Shown here one piece after another: positions 1-9,604 of a DNA stretch of 64,000 nucleotides. Position numbers and translations under genes: made by a program. The notes beneath the pieces were generated by a model. It was given only the letters and a program-made list of their open reading frames with translations. It was not told the DNA's origin and ran no database searches. The stretch is from the NCBI GenBank assembly GCA_050174015.1, contig JBFXKG010000004.1, forward strand, positions 32,001 to 96,000, written 5' to 3'. Position 1 is the stretch's first letter. The number at the start of each line of letters is the position of its first letter. This DNA is from Candidatus Krumholzibacteriia bacterium (GTDB lineage: Bacteria > Krumholzibacteriota > Krumholzibacteriia > LZORAL124-64-63).

Positions 1-1
1 T

Positions 2-1675
2 GACCACCTCCCGGGCCGCTTCCGCGGTGACCGCTTTCCTCTGCTCCGGGGTGAACAGGGTCGGCGAGGCCAGGATCGCCAGCAGGCCGTTGGGGCGAAT
101 CTGACCGTCCCGGCTTCCGTCGGGATTCAGGTGGTCGACCAGGCGTCCGTCCTGCCAGAACCGGGCGTGGAACGCGGCGGCCAGCTTGTTCGCCAGGTCT
201 TCGTAGCGACCCGCGGCTGTCAGGTCGTCCGTGGCCGCCGCCAGGCGAGAGGCGGTCAATAGACCCCTGTGCCACAGGGCCTGCACTTCGACCGCCCGGT
301 TGCCCCGGGGCGAGTAGGGATGCTCGGTGCCGCCGGCGTCCATCCAGGTCTCGCCGTCCCCGTGGACCAAGAACAGCTCATCGTCCACCGCGGTGGCCAG
401 GGCCCCTTCGACCGCGCGCTCGACGACCGGAGCCATGTCGGCGGCGAAGGCGGTGTCGCCCGACCAGCGCCACAGCTCGTCCACCGCGCGGGTGAACCAC
501 CAGGTGCCGTCGATGCTGGCGTATTGCACCTGGTCGACCGTCACGAAGTTGGGCACGCGGCCCCAACGGGGGCTCTGCGGGTCGATGTCCTGATAATCCG
601 CGAACGAGCGCAGCAGGGCCTGGGCGGTCGCGAAGTCGCCGCCCGTGATGCAGGCACCTGGGAGGCTGATGAAGGTGTCGCGGCCCCAGTAGGTGGTGAA
701 CCAGTAGAAGCCCGCGTAGATGCCCAGGCCACGCTGGTTCATGATCAGGTTGCCCAGGGAGATGCGGGCCCAGGCCAGGGCGCGGTCGTCCCGCTCGTCG
801 CCGGTGGTGATGGCCGTGCGGTCGACGAGCTCCTGCAGGCGGTCGCGGCGGGCGAGCGCGAGGTCGAAGGCTGCGGCCATCAGCTCGCCGGCTCGCAGGG
901 CGGCGTCGCCGGGCTGGACATCAGCGGCGAAGACCGCCTCGACCCGGCCACTGGGCACCTGGGGCGGGATGCGTCCGTCGATCGTCCCGGGCAGGTAGGG
1001 CGAGGCCTCGGCCATGGCCTTGCGGGCCAGGCTCTTGGGATAGGTCACCGACTGGAAGCGGCCGTCGGGCGTGAACCCGGCCGCCCCGCGCACCTTGACC
1101 GCCAGCCAGCGCGGATGGGCGGGATCGGGCTCGGCCGTCAGGGCGTCCTGACGGCAGACCAGCAGGGCGCCGTCCTCCCAGCGCACCTCGTAGCCCGGCC
1201 GGCCCACCTTCCACAGGAAGCGCATGTCGATGCGGGGCACCAGGGCGAAGGTCCCCGAGGGCACCCCGTCGTAGACCACCCGGAACCCGTTCTCGCGGTC
1301 GAACAGCTCGACGGTCTCGGTCACCGTGCTCCCGTCGGGCAGCCGGTGCAGGCGGACCAGGCGGTCCGGGGCGACCGTGGCCTCGACCGCGGTCCCGGGG
1401 CCCAGTTCGGTTCCGTCCTCCAGCCTGAGGGTCCAGCCGTCCACCACCTCGTGCATGGCGACGTAGAAGCCGTGGTAGCTGCGGGTGTCGGGGCCCACCG
1501 CCTCGCCCGCCAGATGGGCGGCGCCCTTGTCGGTGAAGATGAACTCCCGGGGATGGTCGGGGGTCACCGTGATCGCCAGCTCGTCCAGGGTGACGCCGGC
1601 CGCGGGGACGGCCCCGCCGCCCGCCGGACCGGCCAGGAGGGCCCCAGCCAGGACCGAAAGAATTCGCTTGTCCAT
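2..1675 (-). CDS. Amylo-alpha-1,6-glucosidase / glycogen debranching enzyme (GDE_C)-like protein with signal peptide; runs off the window
   Basis: Not in ORF track; hand translation from ATG 1675 gives MDKRILSVLAGALLAGPAGG..., later GIYAGFYWFTTYWGRDTFISLPG and GQIRPNGLLAIL, typical GDE_C motifs. Confidence 0.8.
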   Translation of the reverse strand, partial: MDKRILSVLAGALLAGPAGGGAVPAAGVTLDELAITVTPDHPREFIFTDKGAAHLAGEAVGPDTRSYHGFYVAMHEVVDGWTLRLEDGTELGPGTAVEATVAPDRLVRLHRLPDGSTVTETVELFDRENGFRVVYDGVPSGTFALVPRIDMRFLWKVGRPGYEVRWEDGALLVCRQDALTAEPDPAHPRWLAVKVRGAAGFTPDGRFQSVTYPKSLARKAMAEASPYLPGTIDGRIPPQVPSGRVEAVFAADVQPGDAALRAGELMAAAFDLALARRDRLQELVDRTAITTGDERDDRALAWARISLGNLIMNQRGLGIYAGFYWFTTYWGRDTFISLPGACITGGDFATAQALLRSFADYQDIDPQSPRWGRVPNFVTVDQVQYASIDGTWWFTRAVDELWRWSGDTAFAADMAPVVERAVEGALATAVDDELFLVHGDGETWMDAGGTEHPYSPRGNRAVEVQALWHRGLLTASRLAAATDDLTAAGRYEDLANKLAAAFHARFWQDGRLVDHLNPDGSRDGQIRPNGLLAILASPTLFTPEQRKAVTAEAAREVV

Positions 1676-1744
1676 CCCCGATTCCCCTCTACTTTGATGC
1701 GCCGGTTCCCGGTCGCGCTCCAGACATCAACCCGGTGGTCCGCC

Positions 1745-2101
1745 ATGAACCGCACCCTCGTGACCGTCGCCCTGCTCTGCCTGAGCAACGTCTTCATGAC
1801 CTTCGCATGGTACGGCCATCTGCGCAATCTTTCGCACAGGCCGTGGATCATCGCGGCCCTGGTCAGCTGGGGCATCGCCCTGTTCGAGTACCTGCTGCAG
1901 GTGCCCGCCAACCGCATCGGCCACCAGACGATGTCGGTGGGGCAGCTGAAGATCCTTCAGGAGGTGATCACCCTGACTGTGTTCGTGCCGTTCGCCGTCT
2001 TCTACCTGAGGGAAAAGCTGACCCTGGACTACCTGTGGGCAGGGCTGTGCCTGCTGGGAGCGGTGTTCTTCCTGTTCCGGGCCCGGCTGGCGGGGGGTTG
2101 A
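1745..2101 (+). CDS. DMT family small membrane protein (DUF486/DMT_6-like)
   Basis: MNRTLVTVALLCLSNVFMTFAWYGHL...SWGIALFEYLLQVPANRIG...QLKILQEVITL; ATG at 1745 (the ORF track over-extends it to 269). Confidence 0.9.
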   Translation: MNRTLVTVALLCLSNVFMTFAWYGHLRNLSHRPWIIAALVSWGIALFEYLLQVPANRIGHQTMSVGQLKILQEVITLTVFVPFAVFYLREKLTLDYLWAGLCLLGAVFFLFRARLAGG

Positions 2102-2122
2102 CTCAGGCCCATCGGGCCCGTA

Positions 2123-3298
2123 TCAGCGGAACTGGGCCTTGAGGTCACCCCAGTTCATGGTTTCCGCCCCGACCGGCATGCCGATGTAGGGGATATAGTC
2201 CACAATGTAATCGCAGGTGTGGATCCACGAGGCGATGGTGTCGGCGTCGGTTGTGCCCCAGTCGTTGTCGGTCATGTTCAGGTGGGGAAGGTCCGGGGTG
2301 AGGATATCTTCGCAGGTCGATGGTTGCCAAACCGTGAATTGGGGCCCGTGCGCTAGAATACAATTTTGGACATTCATCCAGCCGATGGAATCGATATGGA
2401 TCGAGCAGACATCGACATCGGTGAATAAACAATTTCGCAAATCCAGACCAGTGGTCGATCTATAAGTAAACACAGCAGAGGCCTGGCGGTCGAAAGTACA
2501 ACCTTGGACATTTGCCGACATCCTTTCCACATCAAGTCCTCTTATTGATTGGCCGACAAACCGACAATTATTTACAGTCGCAACATTATCCGGGGTACCG
2601 ATGATCCTCAATCCATATTTCCCTTCATAGAAATCACAATCTCTAATTATTACTTCAGTCGTATAATCAAATTGAACAGCGTTTTGAAGACCGTCACTAT
2701 TCTCATCCAATACAAATGTACACCCCGAAACCTCCGCCCTCATACAGGAAATGGCTGTCAACGACCTCCTCCATCCCATGGCAGTCCTTTCAAATAAACA
2801 ATCTCTCACATCAATTCCATTGGATTCCCCACACATGATTCCCCCGACATTGTCCGAAAATCTGCAATTGGAAATGATGAATTCCGGTCCAGGTCCCCCC
2901 ATGATTCCAAAAAACAAGTTCTCAAAGGCGATTCCATTGACCCTTACCAAATAGCTACCAAAATAGGGACTTCCTTCAAGCCCCCGGTCATACCCCTGGT
3001 CAATGGAATAGGGATCCTCTGGCCCGATGATCGTCTGGTTCGGACCTGCTCCGATCAAAGTCAATTCCTGCCGGGTCACCAACACCCGCACGAATTCCGT
3101 CCAGCCCGGTGTCGTCACCATCCGGCCCTCGTTGTAACGACCCGGTCCGATCATGATCGTATCCCCCGAGGCCGATGAATCCACCGCGTCCTGGATCACC
3201 CCGAAGTCTCCCGTCCCGTCCCGCTCCACCCGCCAGACCCGGGCCTGGGCAGCCTGGGCAACCAGCACGATCACCATCAAAACTATCATCCTGGCCAT
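2123..3298 (-). CDS. Secreted right-handed beta-helix (pectate lyase-like) repeat protein with short C-terminal WGDLKAQFR motif
   Basis: GGAGGAG RBS; signal peptide ending AQA; VWRVERDGTGDFGVIQDAVD...GDTIMIGPGRY start; repeated IxxCxF strands; ends ETMNWGDLKAQFR. Confidence 0.8.
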   Translation of the reverse strand: MARMIVLMVIVLVAQAAQARVWRVERDGTGDFGVIQDAVDSSASGDTIMIGPGRYNEGRMVTTPGWTEFVRVLVTRQELTLIGAGPNQTIIGPEDPYSIDQGYDRGLEGSPYFGSYLVRVNGIAFENLFFGIMGGPGPEFIISNCRFSDNVGGIMCGESNGIDVRDCLFERTAMGWRRSLTAISCMRAEVSGCTFVLDENSDGLQNAVQFDYTTEVIIRDCDFYEGKYGLRIIGTPDNVATVNNCRFVGQSIRGLDVERMSANVQGCTFDRQASAVFTYRSTTGLDLRNCLFTDVDVCSIHIDSIGWMNVQNCILAHGPQFTVWQPSTCEDILTPDLPHLNMTDNDWGTTDADTIASWIHTCDYIVDYIPYIGMPVGAETMNWGDLKAQFR

Positions 3299-3381
3299 GA
3301 CGGCTCTCCTCCGCACATTTCTCGCAATCCATGAATTCAGGGCAGACGGGCCCGTCAGCCCCGGCCCGGCAGATTCTTCAC

Positions 3382-3778
3382 CTACTTCAAAAGGACCAAC
3401 GGCTTGCTGATTACCAGAACTCCGGCCTCAAGCCTCGCGAAGTACACCCCGCTGGCCACATGGCCGCCGCTCTCGTCCCGACCGTCCCATATGCGGGCGT
3501 GCTCGCCCGCCTCAAGGGCCCCAACCTCCAGGTTCCGGACCATGCGGCCCCGAAGGTCATAGATCTCCAGCTTCACTAAGAACGTGGATGAAAATTCCGA
3601 TCCAGGCGGAATCGAGGGTGGTCTGGTAGGCCGGAGCCTGCTGGTTCAGAAGGAGAGAGTCTGGTGTGGCGGGCACGGTGTTACAGTCCAGGTACTGGGC
3701 CGTGGAAACCCCTCCACACAATAAAAAACCTGCCGCAACCAGCAGACATCCAAACCAGGTGAAACGATGGATAGGCAT
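3382..3778 (-). pseudogene. Internally deleted secreted FlgD-tail gene (signal-peptide N-terminus joined out of frame to the FlgD C-terminus)
   Basis: 3778-3557 encodes a signal peptide plus short N-terminus with GGAGG RBS; the overlapping frame 3576-3382 encodes only the distal FlgD tail (VKLEIYDLRGR...WDGRDESG...ASGVYFARL...LVLLK) lacking the PNPFN start. Confidence 0.65.
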
Positions 3779-3947
3779 GATGGTCCTCCCTGAAATAGAT
3801 CATCGATATGGGGGACGGATTCCCGTCCCAGCCTGATGATATCGCCGCCCAAATTCTCGATCAATGGATATGATCAAGCCGACTCGGGCGGGGGGTTGAC
3901 GCGGACCTCCCCCCGTAGGATCATCATGGCCAACGAGGAGGGAGACC

Positions 3948-4610
3948 ATGCCGAAAATCCTGACCGCCATCCTGACCTGCCTGCTGCTTGTCCCGGCCGC
4001 CCTGGCCGACCAGACCGTCCTGTCCCCGGTCCTCTGCGGCCACGACGAGCGGGAGGACGCCCCGTCCCCCTGCCTCCAGGAGGACGCCTTCACCGCAGGG
4101 GTGGCCTCGGCCGACCTGTCGCTGATGACCGGCGGCCAGAGCTGGGGCTGCAACTCCGAGTGGGCCGCGTTCGTGGAGTTCGACCTGTCCTGGCTGCCGC
4201 CCGAGCATCAGGTCATGTCCGCCACCTTGACCGTGCGCAAGACCGGCTACTCCGACGACTCCCAGGGCTTCTTCTATCTGGGGGTCTTCCCCTACTTCGC
4301 CACCGGTGGGCCCATGGCCGTCCCCCGCGACGATCTGGATCCCGACACCGCCCTGGACGTTACCTATCCCCCCGCGGCCAACGTCGATCTGGTGCTGGAC
4401 GTCACCGCCGGTGTGCAGGACCTGCGCCTGAACGGGCACGACCGCATCGGCCTGATCCTGGCGGGCATCTTCTCGGAGGCAGGGTACGAGGACTGGATCT
4501 CCATCGGCGGTTGCGGGCATCCGAACCCGCCGCGCCTAGCCCTCGAGTATGAAGGAACCGTCGATGCCGAGGCGCAGTCCTGGTCCGGTGTGAAGTCCCT
4601 GTTCCGGTGA
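3948..4610 (+). CDS. Secreted hypothetical protein with short C-terminal SWSGVKSLFR motif
   Basis: GAGGAGGGAG RBS; signal peptide ending ALA; FVEFDLS..V.SATL and PRLALEY strands; C-terminus EAQSWSGVKSLFR. Confidence 0.8.
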   Translation: MPKILTAILTCLLLVPAALADQTVLSPVLCGHDEREDAPSPCLQEDAFTAGVASADLSLMTGGQSWGCNSEWAAFVEFDLSWLPPEHQVMSATLTVRKTGYSDDSQGFFYLGVFPYFATGGPMAVPRDDLDPDTALDVTYPPAANVDLVLDVTAGVQDLRLNGHDRIGLILAGIFSEAGYEDWISIGGCGHPNPPRLALEYEGTVDAEAQSWSGVKSLFR

Positions 4611-4668
4611 CGAATCGGGGCTCCCGGCCCGCGCCGGGAGCCCCTGCCGCCGCTGGTCCCTCCGATCC

Positions 4669-7600
4669 CTAACGCAGCAACAGCATCTTCAGCGACTGGT
4701 CGATGCCCGCGCCGCGCAGGCGGTACAGGTACACGCCCGAAGGCACGGCTGCACCGTCGGCGGTGCGGCCGTCCCACTCGGCGGTCCGCTCGCCACCCGG
4801 CACGAAGCCGTCGACAAGGACGCGGACCAGGCGGCCCTTCAGGTCGAAGACCTCCAGCTTGACCGTCCCCCCCTCGGGCGGCATCGCGAAGTGGATCACC
4901 GTCGCGGGGTTGAACGGGTTGGGGGCGTTGTGGAGCAGGCCGGTCTTCAGGGGGATCTCCGGCACCGGGGTTACCAGGTCCTCGTAGAGCGCGAAGGCCA
5001 GGTCGATCGACTGTCCGAACAGCTCGTGCTGCGGCGGATAGACGAGTTCACCCCAGGGTCCGGCATAGGGTTCGATCCCCAGGCCCCAGACCGCGTCGTC
5101 GTTCCAGTGGTCCATGGTGGTCTTCCAGCCGAAGTGCGCCATCGGATCCAGGGGTCGGGCCTGGACGTCCAGCCAGTAGACCACCGCCTCGTTTTCGGTC
5201 CCTTCCTGGATGAACGCCAGGTGCGGATCGACGTGGAACTTGTAGAGCCAGCAGGTCCAGTCCGCCGGGAAGACGTACCGGTCGGGCGGATCCATCCACC
5301 CTTCCTCGATGAGGTCGGCGAACATCTCCGCCTCGAAGTCGGCCGGCTCGAAGGTGTTCATCCAAAGGACCTCGCCCGGCATGCTGTAGCCGGTGGGACT
5401 CTGGTCGGCCGGGATGTCGGCATGGAAGCTCAAGGTGAACTGGACGGCCCGCGGGTCCAGCTGGAACGGCAGGTAGTCGTTCAGCCAGGAACCCCAGACG
5501 TGGACGTCGGTGACCGGTCCGGTAGTCGTGCACAGGAAGTCGTCGGCCAGCACGTAGGTGTTCCCGGCCTCGTCCACCGACGCGTTCACGTCGATGCCGA
5601 AGGGGCTGAGGTCCGGGTGCTGGATCCACTTGAAGACGTACCGGTCCTCGATGAAGACCTCGTAGTCCTCGATCTCGCCGTCGGGCAGCGCTCCGGTCGG
5701 CAGGATCCCGTCGGGACCCAGGCCGCCCATCGAGCTGAACCGGAAGCGGGCGAAGGTCACGGCGTTTTCCGCCGCGCCGGCCGGCACGGTGAACGCCAGG
5801 TTGTTGACTCCGGGGTTCAGGGCCACCGAGCCGTAGATCAGCTCCGAGGCCTCGAACATGCCGTTGGCGTTGAAGTCCAGCCAGGCGTCCAGCAGGCCGG
5901 CGGCCGACGCGGTCACGTCCACCGTCGCCGTCTGGCCGACCTTAAGCACCGAGGTGAAGACCACGCCGTCCTCGTCGTCGAAGTTCGCCAGATCGTCCCC
6001 GGTGGCCGAGGCGTCGGGCTGACCGTCGAACTCCGCATCGACCAGGGCGCCCAGATGGAATCCCGGGACGATCAGGTGGCGCGGCCCGTTGCTGGCCAGC
6101 AGGGTGCGGTAATTGAAGTCGGGCGCGTCGCCGAAGTCGAGTTCCTCCTGGATCTCGGTGCCCATGATGCGGAACGCCAGGTCCATGGACTCGGGATGGA
6201 GCTCATGCTGCGGCGGGTAGATCAGCTCGTACCAGGGACCCGGGTACGGCTCCTGGCCGATGCCCCACACCGCGTCGTCGTTCCAGTGGTCCAGGCTGCT
6301 CTTCCAGCCGAAGTAGGCCTCCGGATCGTGGGGGAAGGCCTTGACGTCCAGCCAGTAGACCACGGGGTTGGCCTCGGTGCCCGTCTGACGGAAGGCGACC
6401 GTGGGGTCGATGGCGAAAGTGTACTGCCAGCAGGTGTAGTCGGCCGGGAAGATGTACTCGTCGGGAGGGTTCAGCCACCCCTCGACGATGTCGACCACCA
6501 TCGGCTCGGCCTGGAACGAGGCCGCCGGGAAGCCCCATTCCCAGAGCTCCTCGCCGGGCATGCTGTATTCCGTCGGGCTCTGGTCGGCGGGGATGTCCTT
6601 GTGGATGCTCAGCACGAAGTCCATGGCCAGGGGATCCTGGCCGAAGGGCAGGTAGTCGTTGAGCCAGGACCCGAAGATCGTGATCTCGGTCAGCAGGCCG
6701 GGGCTTGTGCACAGGAAGTCGTCGGCCAGGATGAAGCCCGGCGTCCCGTGGATGGGCGAGCAGTTGACGTCGATGCCCGTCGGCATGAGGTCCGGCCGCT
6801 GCCACCACTTGTACGCGTGCTGCATCTCGATGAAGACCCGGTGGTCCTCCACCTCGCCGTCGGGGATCCCGCCGGTGGGATAGGGTCCGGCCGGGCCCAG
6901 GTTGCCGCCGGTGCTGAACCTGAACCTGGCGAAGGTGAACGTGTTCTGGACCGAACCGGGAGGCACCATGAAGCTCAGGCTGTTGAGCCCGGCCGGCAGG
7001 GGCAGGGAGGCGAAGATCTGCTCCGTCGGATCCCAAGTCCCGCTCAGATCGAAGTCCACCCAGGCGTCCAGCATCCCGCCGCCCGAACAGGTGACGTCCA
7101 CGGTGGCGGGCTGGCCCGGCAGGAGGGTCGAGGTGAAGGCCACCCCGTCCTCGTCCGGCAGTCCGTTGTTGTCGTCGCCGGTGGCCGTGGGATCCGGCTG
7201 GCCGTCGGGTTCGCCGTCGATGAGGTTCCCCAGGTACAGGGGGCCCACCAGGTGCATGGGGCCGTTGTTTGCGGCAAAGGTGGGATAGGTCGGGTCGGGC
7301 GCGTCGCCGAAGTCGAACTCCTCGGTGATCTCCGGGCCGTCGAGCACATAGGCCAGGTCGATGGAATCACCCGGCCAAGGGTGGCCCAGGGGATAGCGCA
7401 GCTCCCACCAGATGCCGGGCATGGGCGCCGGCCCCTCGCCCCAGACCGCGTCGTCGTTCCAGTGGTCCAGGCTGGTCTTCCAGCCGAACCGCTGGGTGCC
7501 GTCCCCCAGGGGGAAGGCCTTGACCCCGATCCAGTAGACCACCGGTTCCTGGGGAGAGCCCTGCTGGTAGAAGGCCTCCAGTTCGGGGATGGAGAAGTTG

Positions 7601-8073
7601 TACTGCCAGCAGACCGTGTCCGCAGGCGGGGGCACGTACATGTCCGGCGCGTCGAGCCAGCCCTCGGCGATGCCCACGACGTAGGGCCGGACCGTGAAGT
7701 CGCCCGCGGGGAAGAACCGCTCCCAGAGCGGCTGCCCGGGGATGCTGTACCCGTCGGGGTTCTGGCCGGCGGGGATGTCGGAATAGATGCCGACCTGGAA
7801 TTCCACCATCCCCGGATCGTTCTGGGGCAGCAGGTCGCCGAACCAGGATCCCCAGAGATGGATCGAGGTGATGGGCCCCTCCCTTTGGCAGAGGAAGTCG
7901 TCGGCCAGGACGTAGTCCCGCGGGAAGGGCGAATCGTTCACGTCGATGCCGGTGGATTCGAGGTCGGGCAACTGGACCCATTTGGCCGGCATGCCGGGAT
8001 CCCAGTCGGCTTGGAGCGGGGGTGCTGCCAGCCACAGCAGCAAGAACCCCGCGAGCCATAAGCGGTTGTTCAT
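4669..8073 (-). CDS. Large secreted modular protein: three KW.Q.PDL/ADDFLC/DHWNDDAVWG modules alternating with two GEVED domains, FlgD Ig tail
   Basis: GGGAGG RBS then MNNRLWLAGFLLLWLAAPPLQA; DFGDAP...GEVEDH and DFGDAP...GEIEDY; NAPNPFNP...SGVYLYRL...KMLLLR. Confidence 0.85.
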   Translation of the reverse strand: MNNRLWLAGFLLLWLAAPPLQADWDPGMPAKWVQLPDLESTGIDVNDSPFPRDYVLADDFLCQREGPITSIHLWGSWFGDLLPQNDPGMVEFQVGIYSDIPAGQNPDGYSIPGQPLWERFFPAGDFTVRPYVVGIAEGWLDAPDMYVPPPADTVCWQYNFSIPELEAFYQQGSPQEPVVYWIGVKAFPLGDGTQRFGWKTSLDHWNDDAVWGEGPAPMPGIWWELRYPLGHPWPGDSIDLAYVLDGPEITEEFDFGDAPDPTYPTFAANNGPMHLVGPLYLGNLIDGEPDGQPDPTATGDDNNGLPDEDGVAFTSTLLPGQPATVDVTCSGGGMLDAWVDFDLSGTWDPTEQIFASLPLPAGLNSLSFMVPPGSVQNTFTFARFRFSTGGNLGPAGPYPTGGIPDGEVEDHRVFIEMQHAYKWWQRPDLMPTGIDVNCSPIHGTPGFILADDFLCTSPGLLTEITIFGSWLNDYLPFGQDPLAMDFVLSIHKDIPADQSPTEYSMPGEELWEWGFPAASFQAEPMVVDIVEGWLNPPDEYIFPADYTCWQYTFAIDPTVAFRQTGTEANPVVYWLDVKAFPHDPEAYFGWKSSLDHWNDDAVWGIGQEPYPGPWYELIYPPQHELHPESMDLAFRIMGTEIQEELDFGDAPDFNYRTLLASNGPRHLIVPGFHLGALVDAEFDGQPDASATGDDLANFDDEDGVVFTSVLKVGQTATVDVTASAAGLLDAWLDFNANGMFEASELIYGSVALNPGVNNLAFTVPAGAAENAVTFARFRFSSMGGLGPDGILPTGALPDGEIEDYEVFIEDRYVFKWIQHPDLSPFGIDVNASVDEAGNTYVLADDFLCTTTGPVTDVHVWGSWLNDYLPFQLDPRAVQFTLSFHADIPADQSPTGYSMPGEVLWMNTFEPADFEAEMFADLIEEGWMDPPDRYVFPADWTCWLYKFHVDPHLAFIQEGTENEAVVYWLDVQARPLDPMAHFGWKTTMDHWNDDAVWGLGIEPYAGPWGELVYPPQHELFGQSIDLAFALYEDLVTPVPEIPLKTGLLHNAPNPFNPATVIHFAMPPEGGTVKLEVFDLKGRLVRVLVDGFVPGGERTAEWDGRTADGAAVPSGVYLYRLRGAGIDQSLKMLLLR

Positions 8074-8080
8074 GGGGAAC

Positions 8081-8222
8081 CTCCCGTGATCGAGGTTGGC
8101 CGGGTCCGCGAACCGGAGCCGGTGGCGCTCCGGGCCGGAACCCTGCTGGGGGCGTCCCGGGTCGACAGGGACGCGAACCCCGCCCGCACTGCCAGGCGGG
8201 GAAGGGCTTCGATCACGGCGGG
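8081..8222 (-). promoter_or_regulatory. Candidate structured 5' leader sequestering the RBS of the GEVED gene
   Basis: 10-bp inverted repeat CCGTGATCGA (8084-8093) / TCGATCACGG (8209-8218) encloses three GC hairpins and overlaps the RBS. Confidence 0.4.
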
Positions 8223-8300
8223 ATGTGAGGATCGGACGTGGATCCTGGTTGCCGGGCCTCCAATCCCGGCTTTCATGATATCGTAAAATCAAAAACGCCG

Positions 8301-9401
8301 CTACCAATACCCGACGGCGGGGTAGCCCACCCAGTGACCCAGGGTGTTCGGTGCGGTCACCCCCAGCCGGGCGCCTTCGATTTGCAGGCGGCCGTCGCTG
8401 ACGCTGTCGCCGTATCGCAACAGGTCACCGGTCAAAGGCGGCAGGCCCAGATCCTCCTGCAGCCGCAGTGCGGTCGTCAGACCGAAGGGGATGGAGTACA
8501 GTCCGCACCAGGTGATGCGGTAGGGCTCGGCGGGATATTCCGGGCCCTCGCGGTCCCAGACCAGCCGGATGAAGGAGGCGATGCCCTCGACCGTCAGCGG
8601 GCCCGCCAGGGTCGCCTCGGCCAGGGTCACGTCCCGGGCGCGGGCGGCCGCGTGCCCCGCCTCGCCGCAACCGAACGGCGCGTAGCCCGACCCGCCCCAG
8701 CCCTCGCAGCCGTAGTGGACCGCGTCGGCGGAGATGACGATGCCGAGATCGCGTCCCGGTTTCCAGCCACGCTCCCGGCAGATCTCCGCCAGGACGCCCG
8801 CCAGCCGTCCGGCCACCAGTTCGATGCGATCAGGCTCCATGCCCGGCACCAGGACGGGCACGAAGGTGAAGTCCCCGACCGCGGCCCCGATCCACGGCAG
8901 CATGGCCTCGAGCGAGTGCTCGGCGGCATGGCGCTCCGCGTCCACGGCCGCCATCCCCACGGGCATCCCCTGGAGCAGGACGTCCCTCAGTTCCGCATCG
9001 ACCGGGAAGCCGCTTCCCGCCACGTTCCAGACGGCGAAGTCATCCAGGAGCAACCGGTCCCGCACCCCGATGCGGCGGCAGGCGTGGCACACCCCGAACA
9101 GGATCCAACGCTTCGCCCGCAGGTGGGCCAGGCCGTGGACTGCCGTACGTCCTGCGTACAGGTAGTCGTCGTGGGGCAGGATGACCACGGACGCAGGTTC
9201 GGCCGCTCGCCGGGCCCGCGGATCGTCCAGGTCTTCCGCGGAAAATGCCGCGTAGAGGACCTTGGCGAAGTCCTCCCGGCTGACGGCGAAACCCACCGTG
9301 TCACGCTGGGCGCGGACCGGTCCTGCCGACCCGTCCTCGGTTCCGGTGGCGGGCCCGCACAGGGCGAGCAGGAGCAGGGCGGATGCGATGACGGGGCGCA
9401 T
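8301..9401 (-). CDS. MEMO1 family (AmmeMemoRadiSam protein B-like) protein with signal peptide
   Basis: ILPHDDYLYAG, AEHSLE, ISADAVHYG, TWCG and WVGY motifs; AAAGGA RBS before MRPVIASALLLLALCGPATG. Confidence 0.75.
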   Translation of the reverse strand: MRPVIASALLLLALCGPATGTEDGSAGPVRAQRDTVGFAVSREDFAKVLYAAFSAEDLDDPRARRAAEPASVVILPHDDYLYAGRTAVHGLAHLRAKRWILFGVCHACRRIGVRDRLLLDDFAVWNVAGSGFPVDAELRDVLLQGMPVGMAAVDAERHAAEHSLEAMLPWIGAAVGDFTFVPVLVPGMEPDRIELVAGRLAGVLAEICRERGWKPGRDLGIVISADAVHYGCEGWGGSGYAPFGCGEAGHAAARARDVTLAEATLAGPLTVEGIASFIRLVWDREGPEYPAEPYRITWCGLYSIPFGLTTALRLQEDLGLPPLTGDLLRYGDSVSDGRLQIEGARLGVTAPNTLGHWVGYPAVGYW

Positions 9402-9604
9402 GGCGGTCCTTTCGTTACCCGGATCATGGGGCATCGGCCGCTCCGCATCAAGCGGACACCGCCTCGACATGGGCCCCCGCCCCGAAAAAATGCAGAAAAA
9501 GCGAAGATTCTTGTAACCGTTCCGCGAGGAATGCGCTAGCATTCCCGTCGTGAGTTGGAAGCATGAATGCTTCCGTTGCCGCCAACGAAGGAGGATGAGG
9601 CGCA

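Noticed and set aside
269..2101. 610-aa ORF ending in the DMT protein
   Set aside because: The upstream part is antisense to the GDE-like gene; the DMT protein starts at 1745
4891..8061. Long antisense or alternate-frame ORFs (e.g. 4891-8061+, 20369-23620-, 32058-34655+, 34819-37182-, 51934-55128+, 51995-54859-)
   Set aside because: Shadow ORFs expected from high GC3; they lack motifs and overlap well-supported genes
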